Assembly: GCA_002311975.1 (NCBI GenBank)
Contig: DCAL01000051.1
Location: 8,699 to 45,027 of the forward strand
Length of the DNA: 36,329 nt
Source of the DNA: Fidelibacterota bacterium UBA1134
GTDB taxonomy: Bacteria; Fidelibacterota; Marinisomatia; Marinisomatales; S15-B10
Reading direction: 5' to 3'
The notes under the pieces were generated by a model that was given only the letters and a program-made list of their open reading frames with translations, made no database searches and was not told the DNA's origin. Below are positions 1-10,273 of the stretch, in pieces. The first letter of the stretch is position 1. Every line of letters starts with the position of its first letter. The translations under genes and the position numbers were made by a program.

Positions 1-279
1 GATCTCCGCGAAGAGATCCGGTCTGTGATTTTCTCCTCAAAGGGCGGAAAGGGTGTTTTTGGTCCTGTTTCCGATGGCCACGGTTACCATGTTCTTGAGG
101 TTCTGGTGCGTTATCGCGCTCATTCTTTCAGGGGCCTGGACGAGGTTTACGATGAGGTGGCCCAAAGCGTGTTTCGCGAAAAAACTGCCGCTCTTTATTC
201 TCATTTGATGGACAGCCTTACAGGTCAACATCTTTCTGGGTCCTCGTTAGGTTTCAACCTCGATTGGGGCACCAGATAG
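1..279 (+). CDS. PpiC/parvulin-type peptidyl-prolyl isomerase, C-terminal fragment (5' end outside window)
   Basis: Frame 1 is open from base 1. 'GPVSDGHGYHVLEV' matches the C-terminal strand motif of parvulin domains (G-YH-I/V). Stop is at 277-279. The track ORF 25..279 is only the part after an internal start-like codon. Confidence 0.65.
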   Translation, partial: DLREEIRSVIFSSKGGKGVFGPVSDGHGYHVLEVLVRYRAHSFRGLDEVYDEVAQSVFREKTAALYSHLMDSLTGQHLSGSSLGFNLDWGTR

Positions 280-1571
280 GGGTGCGCGCGCCGGTTCTTA
301 TCTTTGCTTTTTCCTGCCTCTTGTGCCAGCCGCGACTTCTCGGTCAAGAAAGAAACATCATTGATGGTGTCGCCGCAGTTGTTGGAGAACATGTCATCCT
401 TAAGAGCGACGTTGCTCAGCTTGTTCAAATGACGGCCGTAGAGCTAAGGCTGGACCCGGGCTTGGACGGCAAGCGGCTGCTGAAACTGCAAAATGACGTT
501 ATTCAAAACCTTATTAACCAAAAACTGATTCTTGAAATTGCTGAGGTGGAAAGCATTGAGGTTGCCGAAAGAGAGGTGGAGACTGCTCTGGATCAATACA
601 TCAGCTCCCACGTTGCCCGGCTCGGATCTGAGGAACGGCTTGAAGAGGCTCTCGGCAAGAACATTAATGAGTTACGCAGAGAGTCTTGGTCTGATGTGCG
701 GGAACAGCTAATTGGGGAGCGCTTCCGCGCTGAGCTCTTGAAGAACATTTCTGTCACCAGAAACGAGGTTACCGCCTTTTACACGCTTTATAAAGACAGC
801 CTTGGCATTATCCCAACGCTATACGATTTGAGACATATTCTGTTTGAAGTGAGGCCCGGGGGAAAGAGCCGGCGCCGCGCCCAGGCGCTGGCCGATTCTC
901 TGCGCAATCGCCTTCTCTCAGGAGAAACTTTTACCCCCCTCGCAAGACAGTTCTCTAACGACCCGGGCTCTGCTCCAAGTGGGGGCGAGCTGGGTCTTGT
1001 CGGCAGGGGAACCTTTGTTCAGGCGTTCGAGGAGGCCGCCTTTTCCCTCAACAGTGGCGAAATTAGCCCCATTGTTACAACCCTGTTTGGATATCACATC
1101 ATTCAGCTGGTTAATAAGCTTGGAGAAAAGATCAATGTTCGACACATCTTGATTTCCCCGCAAGCGTCGGTTGCCGATGAGGACAGTATCTACGCCTTGG
1201 CCCTTTCTGTAAGAGACAGCATTACAAGTGCGGATGACTTTTCCAACATGGCAAGCGTCTATTCGGCGGACGAAAACACCCGAGACGGGGGCGGCAAGCT
1301 TGGTTGGATTAACCCGGCCTCACTTCCCGTTAAAGAGATGTCACAAGTTCTTTCCATTTTAGATGTTGGGGAGGTTTCTCCTCCTGTAAATGCTTCCGAT
1401 GGCTATCACTTAATGCTGATCTCAGATGTCAGGGTGGGCGGTTTTCCGACACCGGAGTCCCACTGGATAGAAATTGAGCAGATGGCGTTGGCAAAAAAGA
1501 AGGGAGACTTTTTCAACAGCTGGATAGAGGGTGTTTCGTCTGCTGTTTTCATCAAAAGCTATCTTGAATAG
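264..1571 (+). CDS. SurA-like periplasmic chaperone / PPIase with two parvulin domains
   Basis: 435-aa ORF with a hydrophobic N-terminus ('VLIFAFSCLLC'). It has a SurA-N-like helical region ('IIDGVAAVVGEHVILKSDV') and two parvulin domains ('LRHILFEV...GGELGLV...FGYHIIQLV' and 'VRHILISP...GGKLGWI...DGYHLMLI'). The start is uncertain: TTG at 264 or GTG at 282. Confidence 0.85.
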   Translation: MGHQIGVRAPVLIFAFSCLLCQPRLLGQERNIIDGVAAVVGEHVILKSDVAQLVQMTAVELRLDPGLDGKRLLKLQNDVIQNLINQKLILEIAEVESIEVAEREVETALDQYISSHVARLGSEERLEEALGKNINELRRESWSDVREQLIGERFRAELLKNISVTRNEVTAFYTLYKDSLGIIPTLYDLRHILFEVRPGGKSRRRAQALADSLRNRLLSGETFTPLARQFSNDPGSAPSGGELGLVGRGTFVQAFEEAAFSLNSGEISPIVTTLFGYHIIQLVNKLGEKINVRHILISPQASVADEDSIYALALSVRDSITSADDFSNMASVYSADENTRDGGGKLGWINPASLPVKEMSQVLSILDVGEVSPPVNASDGYHLMLISDVRVGGFPTPESHWIEIEQMALAKKKGDFFNSWIEGVSSAVFIKSYLE

Positions 1572-1580
1572 TGTTCTTTT

Positions 1581-1895
1581 TTATACACATCTTCTTAACC
1601 CGATACTCACAGAATACCACCAAGGTGGCTGGTGTGACCCCCCTTTGCATGAATGTCTAACTTATTCACATGTTTGTCACATAAAGTGCTGCATTATCTG
1701 ACCAATCTTTCAACCAAGAAACAGAGTGGTTCACGATACTTGGCAGGGCCGATCCAGACTTATCAACATTGATAATAATTATAAAGATCTTCTTTCTAAC
1801 TTAGAAATATTTTAATTAATCGCTGTGTTTTGTGGGAAAAACTTGTTGTCAGTCAGGCTATTATTACCTAACATCATTTCTAGGATTTATCCTCA
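1581..1895. promoter_or_regulatory. DnaA-box cluster with AT-rich tract (candidate oriC or DnaA-regulated dnaN control region)
   Basis: Four 9-mers lie one mismatch from TTATCCACA, all in the same orientation: 1581-1589 ttatacaca, 1662-1670 ttattcaca, 1760-1768 ttatcaaca, 1887-1895 ttatcctca. An opposite-strand 2-mismatch box tgtgggaaa is at 1831-1839. An A/T tract spans 1769-1820 and contains the palindrome tttctaa-c-ttagaaa (1793-1807). Confidence 0.45.
1846..1874 (+). promoter_or_regulatory. Candidate sigma70-type promoter for dnaN
   Basis: TTGTCA (1846-1851), a 17-bp spacer, then TAACAT (1869-1874), 60 nt upstream of the dnaN ATG. Pattern match only. Confidence 0.3.
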
Positions 1896-1933
1896 AATTT
1901 CAAAAGGCTTCTGAAAATAATGGACAATAATTC

Positions 1934-3049
1934 ATGAAAATAAGTCTGTCAAAACAATCGCTTCAAACAGCACTGGGAAATCTTGGTAAAGCCACACCAA
2001 CACGATCAACGATACCGATTCTTAATACCGTTCTGTTCACAGCAAAGGACACTCTTAGTCTGCGAACGACGGACCTTGAAATCAGTATTATTGCTCTGGT
2101 GGAATCAAAAATAAATGAAGAAGGCTCTGTCGCCATTCCCTATAGAACGTTGAGCGACACGGTAAATGCCATGCCAGACACAGAGCTCGTCATTGAAGCA
2201 GATGAGAAAAACAGGGTTGAAATCAAAACAGATTTTGGGAGTTATGACATTGCCGGGTCAAGTGCCGAAGAGTTTCCCACAACCCCCCAAGTAGACAACA
2301 AAAAGGAAATTCAGATCAAGGCGGACGTACTCAAGCGGCTGATAATGAAAACATCCTTTGCTGTCAGTACAGACGAACTGAAGCCGGCACTCATGGGGGC
2401 GCTGCTGGAAGTGGGGGAAAACAGTATCGTTTCGGTGGCCACCGATGGTCACCGGCTTGCCATCTGCTCCCGCAAGGACTATGAGTCTGCGGGGTATACC
2501 GGGGACGTTGTTGTGCCAAGAAAGTTTCTGCATCTTGTACTTCCTTACCTCGACGAACAGGACGAGGCAGTTCTCTGGATTGGAGAAAACCATCTCACCA
2601 TTTCCTTTGATGGGGTCACCGCATTCTCCAGAATAATAGATGAACGGTACCCAGACTATCGCTCTGTACTGCCACAGGAAAACGATAAGATTGTTAAAAT
2701 TGACAGAGAAAAAATGCTGGCGGCCGTAAAGAGGGTTTCCATATACTCTAACCGGGCCACGAGGCAAGTAACGTTGAAATTTGCTGGCGGGAAAAGCGTG
2801 ATTACAACAGAAGACTCAGAAAGCGCGTCGAGGGCAGAAGAAACAATAGATGTTGAATATGACGGAGAAGAGGTGTCAATTGGCTTCAATGCCCACTATC
2901 TCAGTGACATTCTCTCCCATCTGGACACAGAATCAGCCTACCTGCGACTCAACACCCCAATCAGCGCCACACTCATAAGTCCAGACTCCCAACAAGAACA
3001 AGAAGAAATTACCATGCTCCTTATGCCCATGCGCACAAGCGGGCAGTGA
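1934..3049 (+). CDS. dnaN: DNA polymerase III beta sliding clamp
   Basis: 371 aa. The N-terminus 'MKISLSKQSLQTALGNLGKATPTRSTIPILNTVLF' and the C-terminal 'MLLMPMR' are hallmark DnaN motifs, and length and domain order are typical. Confidence 0.97.
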   Translation: MKISLSKQSLQTALGNLGKATPTRSTIPILNTVLFTAKDTLSLRTTDLEISIIALVESKINEEGSVAIPYRTLSDTVNAMPDTELVIEADEKNRVEIKTDFGSYDIAGSSAEEFPTTPQVDNKKEIQIKADVLKRLIMKTSFAVSTDELKPALMGALLEVGENSIVSVATDGHRLAICSRKDYESAGYTGDVVVPRKFLHLVLPYLDEQDEAVLWIGENHLTISFDGVTAFSRIIDERYPDYRSVLPQENDKIVKIDREKMLAAVKRVSIYSNRATRQVTLKFAGGKSVITTEDSESASRAEETIDVEYDGEEVSIGFNAHYLSDILSHLDTESAYLRLNTPISATLISPDSQQEQEEITMLLMPMRTSGQ

Positions 3050-3083
3050 TGCTGGGCGAAACAGTTCGAACCGGATTGTTTTG

Positions 3084-3125
3084 GTGTAATTGTATCATTA
3101 CACCCACCGAAACAGCGGTTTTTTT
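3084..3125 (+). terminator. Possible weak terminator/attenuator after dnaN
   Basis: Perfect hairpin gtgtaat-N6-attacac (3084-3103), then a small hairpin accg-N6-cggt (3106-3119) running into a T7 tract (3119-3125). The T tract is not adjacent to the strong stem, so any termination is at most partial. Confidence 0.3.
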
Positions 3126-3153
3126 AAGGACAGTAAACACCACACTATAGGCC

Positions 3154-5438
<2,285 letters not shown>

Positions 5439-5447
5439 GAAGGCAGC

Positions 5448-7955
5448 ATGAGTGAAATAAGCAGAGATCTTTCAATCAAGCGCGACATCGTAGATGAGAT
5501 GAAGGAGAGTTATTTGAACTACTCCATGTCGGTGATTGTAGCGCGGGCGCTGCCGGACGTCAGGGACGGACTGAAGCCGGTCCACCGCCGAATACTCTAC
5601 GGGATGAATGATCTTGGGCTGCACTGGAACCGCGGTTACAAGAAAAGTGCGCGCATTGTTGGAGATGTTCTGGGAAAATATCATCCTCACGGTGACTCCT
5701 CTGTATATGATGCATTGGTGAGGATGGCACAGAACTTTGCCATGCGCTACCCACTGGTGGACGGACAGGGAAACTTCGGATCTGTTGATGGTGACAACGC
5801 GGCGGCGATGAGGTATACGGAGGCGCGCATGACGCGCATGGGCAGTGAAATGTTGCGCGACCTTGATAAAGAGACGGTGGGCTGGGCACCCAACTTTGAT
5901 GGTTCACTGGAAGAGCCGCAAATTCTCCCCACAGTTGTACCAAGCCTTTTAGTTAATGGGTCGGAGGGTATTGCTGTTGGTATGGCCACAAAAATTCCAC
6001 CCCACAACCTAACTGAAATCGTTGACGCACTTGTGGCGCTGATCGATGACCCCGAGATGGATGTGGAGAGCATAATGAAGATTGTACAAGGGCCGGACTT
6101 TCCTACGGGGGCGATGATAGAAGGGATAGACGGCATAAAGGAAGCATACAGTACGGGGCGCGGCAAAATTAGGGTGCGAGCGAGAGCTTTTATCGAAACA
6201 ATTAGGGGGGGCAAGTCCAACATCATTGTGAATGAGATTCCCTATCAGGTGAACAAGTCAAACCTGATAGCGAAGATTGCAGATCTAGTTCGGTCGAAAA
6301 AGATTGAAGGCATTGCGGACGTTCGTGATGAGTCAGATAAAGAGGGAATGCGGGTTGTTATTGAGACGAAACGTGATACCGTGCCGGAGGTAATTCTGAA
6401 CCAACTTTACGTGAACACGCAACTGAAAGAGACATTCGGTATCATTTTGCTGGCGCTCGTGGGCGGCGTGCCGCGAATAATGCCACTGAAGGAGATGTTG
6501 CGGCACTTTGTTGACCATCGCCACGAAGTTGTTGTGCGGCGCACCCAATATGATCTTAAGCGGGCAGAAGAAAAGGCGCACATATTAGAGGGGCTCAAGA
6601 TTGCCCTGGACAATATTGATGAAGTTATTATCCTTGTTCGCCAGAGCAAAGACCCCGCCCACGCCAAGGAGGGACTGATGAACGCATTTGACCTCTCTGA
6701 GAAACAGTCCCAAGCGATCCTTGACATGAGACTTCAGAAACTAACGGGCCTTGAGGTGAAAAAGATCGTTAAGGAGTATAAAGAAACAATTCAGATTATT
6801 GCGAAGCTGAAAGGACTTCTGGACAGTCGACCGCAGCGGATGGCAATCATTAAGAAAGAACTGGAAGAGGTTCGGCAGATGTATGGCGATGACAGGCGGA
6901 CGGAGATTATACCCGTGGGAAAGACTTTTTCTGTCGAAGACATGATTGCTGAAGAAGACGTTGTTATTACGATAACACATAACGGCTATATAAAAAGAAC
7001 CGCTGCTTCAACGTATCGCAGTCAGCGTCGCGGAGGAAGGGGGCTTCAGGGCGCCAAGGCAAAGGAAGAAGACTTTATTGAACACATGTTCATTGCCAAC
7101 ACGCACGACTATATGCTCTTTTTTACTGATAGGGGAAAGTGTTATTGGGCAAAAGTGCATGAAATACCACCGGGAGGCCGAGCAGCCCGTGGGCGTGCTG
7201 TCGTGAACTTGGTAGGAACAGAGCCGGGTGAAAAGGTTGAAGCGTATGTAAGTGTCAAGGAGTTTGATAAAGATCGGTTTATTGTGATGGTGACAGAGCA
7301 TGGAATTGTCAAAAAGACGCGCTTGTCTGCGTATGGAAACCCTCGAAAGGGAGGAATTTACGCCATCGACATCCGGGAAGGCGATAAACTGATTGATGCT
7401 AAAATCACCGATGGAGACAATGACATCCTCCTTGGAACATGGGAAGGGAAGTCGATACGTTTTTCGGAGCAGGACGTTCGGCCCACGGGGAGAAAAACGC
7501 GGGGCGTGATCGGTATCCGCAAGTCCGCCAAAAAGGACAGAGTTGTGGGCATGGTTGTGATCAGAAGGGAGGGAACGATACTGGTTGCCACAGAGAAGGG
7601 CTACGGCAAACGAACAGACATTATGCAGTATCGGGCTCAAAAGCGGGGCGGCATGGGCGTCATGGCTATGCGGACGACAAAAAAAGTTGGTAAAATGGTA
7701 GCCATTATGGAGGTGGTGGATTCAGACGGTCTGATGGTTATAACAGACCGCGGAGTGCTTATACGGCAACGGGTTTCAGAAATTCGGACGATCGGCCGCG
7801 TTACGCAAGGAGTGAAATTGATACGCTTGGATGAGAAAGACAAGATTTCAAGCATAACACGCGTGGTGGAGGAAGAAGTCAGCGGGGAGGAGGAGAAGGG
7901 AACATCCTCAGACAATGGGATGCCAGAGAAAGAGACAGAAGAGCCAATTGTGTGA
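5448..7955 (+). CDS. gyrA: DNA gyrase subunit A
   Basis: 835 aa. Motifs include '[12 protein letters not shown]', the QRDR '[20 protein letters not shown]' (wild-type Ser/Asp pattern) and the active-site '[10 protein letters not shown]'. It also has a beta-pinwheel CTD and an acidic tail. Confidence 0.99.
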   Translation: MSEISRDLSIKRDIVDEMKESYLNYSMSVIVARALPDVRDGLKPVHRRILYGMNDLGLHWNRGYKKSARIVGDVLGKYHPHGDSSVYDALVRMAQNFAMRYPLVDGQGNFGSVDGDNAAAMRYTEARMTRMGSEMLRDLDKETVGWAPNFDGSLEEPQILPTVVPSLLVNGSEGIAVGMATKIPPHNLTEIVDALVALIDDPEMDVESIMKIVQGPDFPTGAMIEGIDGIKEAYSTGRGKIRVRARAFIETIRGGKSNIIVNEIPYQVNKSNLIAKIADLVRSKKIEGIADVRDESDKEGMRVVIETKRDTVPEVILNQLYVNTQLKETFGIILLALVGGVPRIMPLKEMLRHFVDHRHEVVVRRTQYDLKRAEEKAHILEGLKIALDNIDEVIILVRQSKDPAHAKEGLMNAFDLSEKQSQAILDMRLQKLTGLEVKKIVKEYKETIQIIAKLKGLLDSRPQRMAIIKKELEEVRQMYGDDRRTEIIPVGKTFSVEDMIAEEDVVITITHNGYIKRTAASTYRSQRRGGRGLQGAKAKEEDFIEHMFIANTHDYMLFFTDRGKCYWAKVHEIPPGGRAARGRAVVNLVGTEPGEKVEAYVSVKEFDKDRFIVMVTEHGIVKKTRLSAYGNPRKGGIYAIDIREGDKLIDAKITDGDNDILLGTWEGKSIRFSEQDVRPTGRKTRGVIGIRKSAKKDRVVGMVVIRREGTILVATEKGYGKRTDIMQYRAQKRGGMGVMAMRTTKKVGKMVAIMEVVDSDGLMVITDRGVLIRQRVSEIRTIGRVTQGVKLIRLDEKDKISSITRVVEEEVSGEEEKGTSSDNGMPEKETEEPIV

Positions 7956-8647
7956 TAAATCAAGCCGCTCTTGAATCGGTCAGGGAGAGGATCGATCGTG
8001 CACGCCGTCGCGTGGGCAGCGAGAAAGACCCCCCAGTTGAAATTGTAGCAGTTACAAAATCCTTCCCCGGAGAACATATTGTAAGCGCCCATGAATCCGG
8101 CTTGTTCACCATAGGTGAAAACCGGGTTCAAGAGGCAGAGAAAAAATTTAAAGAGCTGCCAGAGCTTGTGGGCATGAAATGCCGTCTCATCGGACACCTT
8201 CAGTCTAATAAGGCGCGTACGGCTATGGAAATATTTGACGCCATTGATTCAGTAGACTCCTTGAAGCTGGCAAAGCGGCTGTCAAGAATAGTGATTGAAA
8301 AAGGGGAGTCCTTTCCCGTTCTAGCTCAAGTGAACACGGCGGCCGACCCGGCGAAATCTGGCTTCGACTTGAATGATATAGAGCTTCTATTAGAACTTGC
8401 TGACCTGCCGGGACTGCTTGTAGAGGGCCTTATGACTATCGGAGAACTCACCCGTGACGAATCACACATCAGGAAAACTTTTGCCAAGCTGCGCGAGCTG
8501 CGGGGCGATCTGAACCGGCAGCTTCCACCAGACAGGCAGATGAAAGCTCTTTCTATGGGTATGACGTCTGATTTTGAGATTGCGGTGGAAGAGGGAGCAA
8601 CCATGATCAGGATCGGTAGAGCACTGTTTGGCGAGAGGCCGGGGTAG
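7952..8647 (+). CDS. yggS: YggS-family pyridoxal-phosphate homeostasis protein
   Basis: 231 aa. Motifs 'VEIVAVTK' (PLP lysine), 'GENRVQEA', 'LIGHLQSNK' and '[21 protein letters not shown]'. The GTG start overlaps the gyrA stop by 4 nt (GTGA). Confidence 0.9.
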   Translation: MINQAALESVRERIDRARRRVGSEKDPPVEIVAVTKSFPGEHIVSAHESGLFTIGENRVQEAEKKFKELPELVGMKCRLIGHLQSNKARTAMEIFDAIDSVDSLKLAKRLSRIVIEKGESFPVLAQVNTAADPAKSGFDLNDIELLLELADLPGLLVEGLMTIGELTRDESHIRKTFAKLRELRGDLNRQLPPDRQMKALSMGMTSDFEIAVEEGATMIRIGRALFGERPG

Positions 8648-9206
8648 GGTGGTCTTTTATCTGCCCCACGGCCAGAGCTTTTACGGCGACGCTTTCACCG
8701 GCTTCTTAACTGATGAACAGGCTATCGCTGACCATACCATCGCCAGAAATGGTAGACACATTTCCATCACGCCGCGGGCGCTCAACCTTGGAGCCTTTCA
8801 CCCCAAACACTTTATTGCGTTAGCTGAAAAGCTTGAGGTGGGAGAGTTGTGGCTGATAGATAGGGTGAAGGCGGAGGAACCCGTTGTTCAAATTACAGAC
8901 CATCGGAACCTTTCAGGTGAAAACACCCTTGCTGGGCGGACGCCCATTAGTGACCGCCCAAGGTTTCCCGATGTGAGCAGTATCTATTTGAAGAAAGACT
9001 TAGGGCTGCCTCGGCAGGTGGTGAGCACGGTGGGTCACGAAAGATTCTCTGAGGCGCAGGGAGAGAATGTTTCGGAGGTGGCGGCGCAGGTGGGATTGTG
9101 TGCTTCCTATGCGGAAATGATGGTGGTGGGGGTCGGGTGGAACAGTAATCTTGATGTGAATGGCATGCGCCTAAATAGCGCCTTGTTTGCGGAGCGTTCT
9201 CTATAA
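8628..9206 (+). CDS. Divergent, shortened purine-nucleoside-phosphorylase-family (PNP_UDP_1-like) protein; possibly non-functional
   Basis: 'ITDHRNLSGENTLAGRTPISDRPRFPDVSSIY' aligns with the PNP/PupG core 'ITDHINFMGTNPLIGPN...FGARFPDMSSAY'. It is only 192 aa against about 270. I could not find the N-terminal phosphate-binding Gly-rich region or the 'MSTVPE' motif. The start is uncertain (TTG at 8628 or GTG at 8649). Confidence 0.45.
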   Translation: MARGRGRVVFYLPHGQSFYGDAFTGFLTDEQAIADHTIARNGRHISITPRALNLGAFHPKHFIALAEKLEVGELWLIDRVKAEEPVVQITDHRNLSGENTLAGRTPISDRPRFPDVSSIYLKKDLGLPRQVVSTVGHERFSEAQGENVSEVAAQVGLCASYAEMMVVGVGWNSNLDVNGMRLNSALFAERSL

Positions 9207-9250
9207 GAACCAACCAGAACAGGCGGGACTTCTTCCAAGTTTGCTTATAC

Positions 9251-9284
9251 AAAAAACCCCCGCCCGACACGGGGGCTTTTCTTC
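9251..9284. terminator. Bidirectional intrinsic terminator between the PNP-like gene and hsp20
   Basis: GC stem cccccg (9257-9262) / cggggg (9270-9275) with a 7-nt loop. It is flanked by A6 (9251-9256, which gives a U tract for the minus-strand hsp20 transcript) and cttttcttc (9276-9284) for the plus strand. Confidence 0.8.
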
Positions 9285-9307
9285 TGGAACTTCTGTAGAG
9301 ACTGCGG

Positions 9308-9772
9308 CTAGCTGATCTCTACCTCAAGCTCTTTTACTTCCACCGGTTTTGACCGGGGAACGGAGAGGGTCAGTACGCCATTCTTGTAGCTGGCTTTGAC
9401 CTTCTTTTCGTTCACCTCGTCAGGCAGGCGGAAGGAGCGGGCGAAGCGACCATAGCGGGATTCGCGGTAAGTATAGTCGTTACCGTCCTTTTCATCCTCC
9501 GCCTTCTTTTCGCCGGCGATGGTGAGGACGCCATCCCTCACAGTCACGCTGAAGTCTGACTTCTCCAGACCGGCAGCCTCGACGCGCACCACATATTCTT
9601 TGTCCGTCTCCATCACGTCGAAGGCGGGAAGCCAGTTCGCGCCATGAGATGATTCGCCATCGAATCCCAGTGGAAACAAGGGACCCAAGAGGCGGTCAAA
9701 ATCACTGAACAGTGAGCGCGACCTGAAAGGGGCCATACCAGTCATTCTGGGTGTCCATTTTACGAGTGTCAT
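9308..9772 (-). CDS. Small heat-shock protein, Hsp20/alpha-crystallin family
   Basis: The alpha-crystallin domain is clear ('PAFDVMETDKEYVVRVEAAGLEKSDFSVTVRDGVLTIAGEKK...RSFRLPDEVNEKKVKASYKNGVLTLSVPR'). I chose the ATG at 9772 (154 aa) because AAGGAG lies 7 nt upstream. The track ORF's extra 39 codons up to 9889 look spurious. Confidence 0.95.
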   Translation of the reverse strand: MTLVKWTPRMTGMAPFRSRSLFSDFDRLLGPLFPLGFDGESSHGANWLPAFDVMETDKEYVVRVEAAGLEKSDFSVTVRDGVLTIAGEKKAEDEKDGNDYTYRESRYGRFARSFRLPDEVNEKKVKASYKNGVLTLSVPRSKPVEVKELEVEIS

Positions 9773-9839
9773 TGTTCTATCTCCTTTTTCTTGGTTGTCC
9801 GAGTAAGTTTTAGCCAAACAGACATTCACCTTCTTTAAG

Positions 9840-9854
9840 GCAAGGAGTGTGCCA
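9840..9854 (-). promoter_or_regulatory. Sigma54 (RpoN) -24/-12 promoter upstream of hsp20
   Basis: The minus strand reads TGGCAC-actcc-TTGC, matching the TGGCAC-N5-TTGC consensus with correct spacing. It lies about 68 nt upstream of the hsp20 ATG. It is the only correctly spaced match I found when scanning both strands for TGGCAC. Confidence 0.6.
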
Positions 9855-9885
9855 AAACAGAGAGCGTGACAGATGTGCAGATCAG

Positions 9886-10236
9886 CCAACCTTATCGACA
9901 GGGAATATCTGTAAGATTGGCACAGACCAGTCCCGGTATCCGTTGAACCCCATGCTCGGCCTCTACGCTACAGTTACACGACAGATACTCACCGGCGAAC
10001 CGGAAGGAGGGAGGTTTCCGGAAGAACGAATCACAACCGAGGAAGCCTTCCGAGCCGATACCCTCAACTCCGCCTACGGGTCTTTTGAGGAGGAGATTAA
10101 GGGACCCATCACTGTGGGGAAGCGGGTGGACATGGTGGTGCTATCAGAGAATTTCTTGAAGGTTGAGCCGAGCTAAATTAAGGACGTTGAGCCAGTGATG
10201 ACGAGTTTTGACGGCAAAATTATTTACAAAAAGTGA
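9886..10236 (+). pseudogene. 3' remnant of an Amidohydro_3 (YtcJ-like metal-dependent amidohydrolase) gene with an internal stop
   Basis: 'KIGTDQSRYPLNPMLGLYATVTR...ITTEEAFRADTLNSAYGSFEEEIKGPITVGKRVDMVVLSENFLKVEPS*IKDVEPVMTSFDGKIIYKK*' matches only the last ~115 residues of ~530-aa family members (GSD.P...NPL.GI...VTR ... G.I..GK.AD.VVL ... V..T...GK.VY). An in-frame TAA sits at 10174-10176 and the homology continues to the TGA at 10234-10236. The first ~400 codons are absent. Confidence 0.7.
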
Positions 10237-10273
10237 AGGGGAGCAAGCCGGTACTCAGGAACGGGACCAGACG

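Noticed and set aside
9773-9889. N-terminal 39-codon extension of the hsp20 ORF
   Set aside because: The extension ('MADLHICHALCFGTLLALKK...') is not part of any Hsp20. The internal ATG at 9772 has an AAGGAG RBS, and the extension would swallow the sigma54 promoter.
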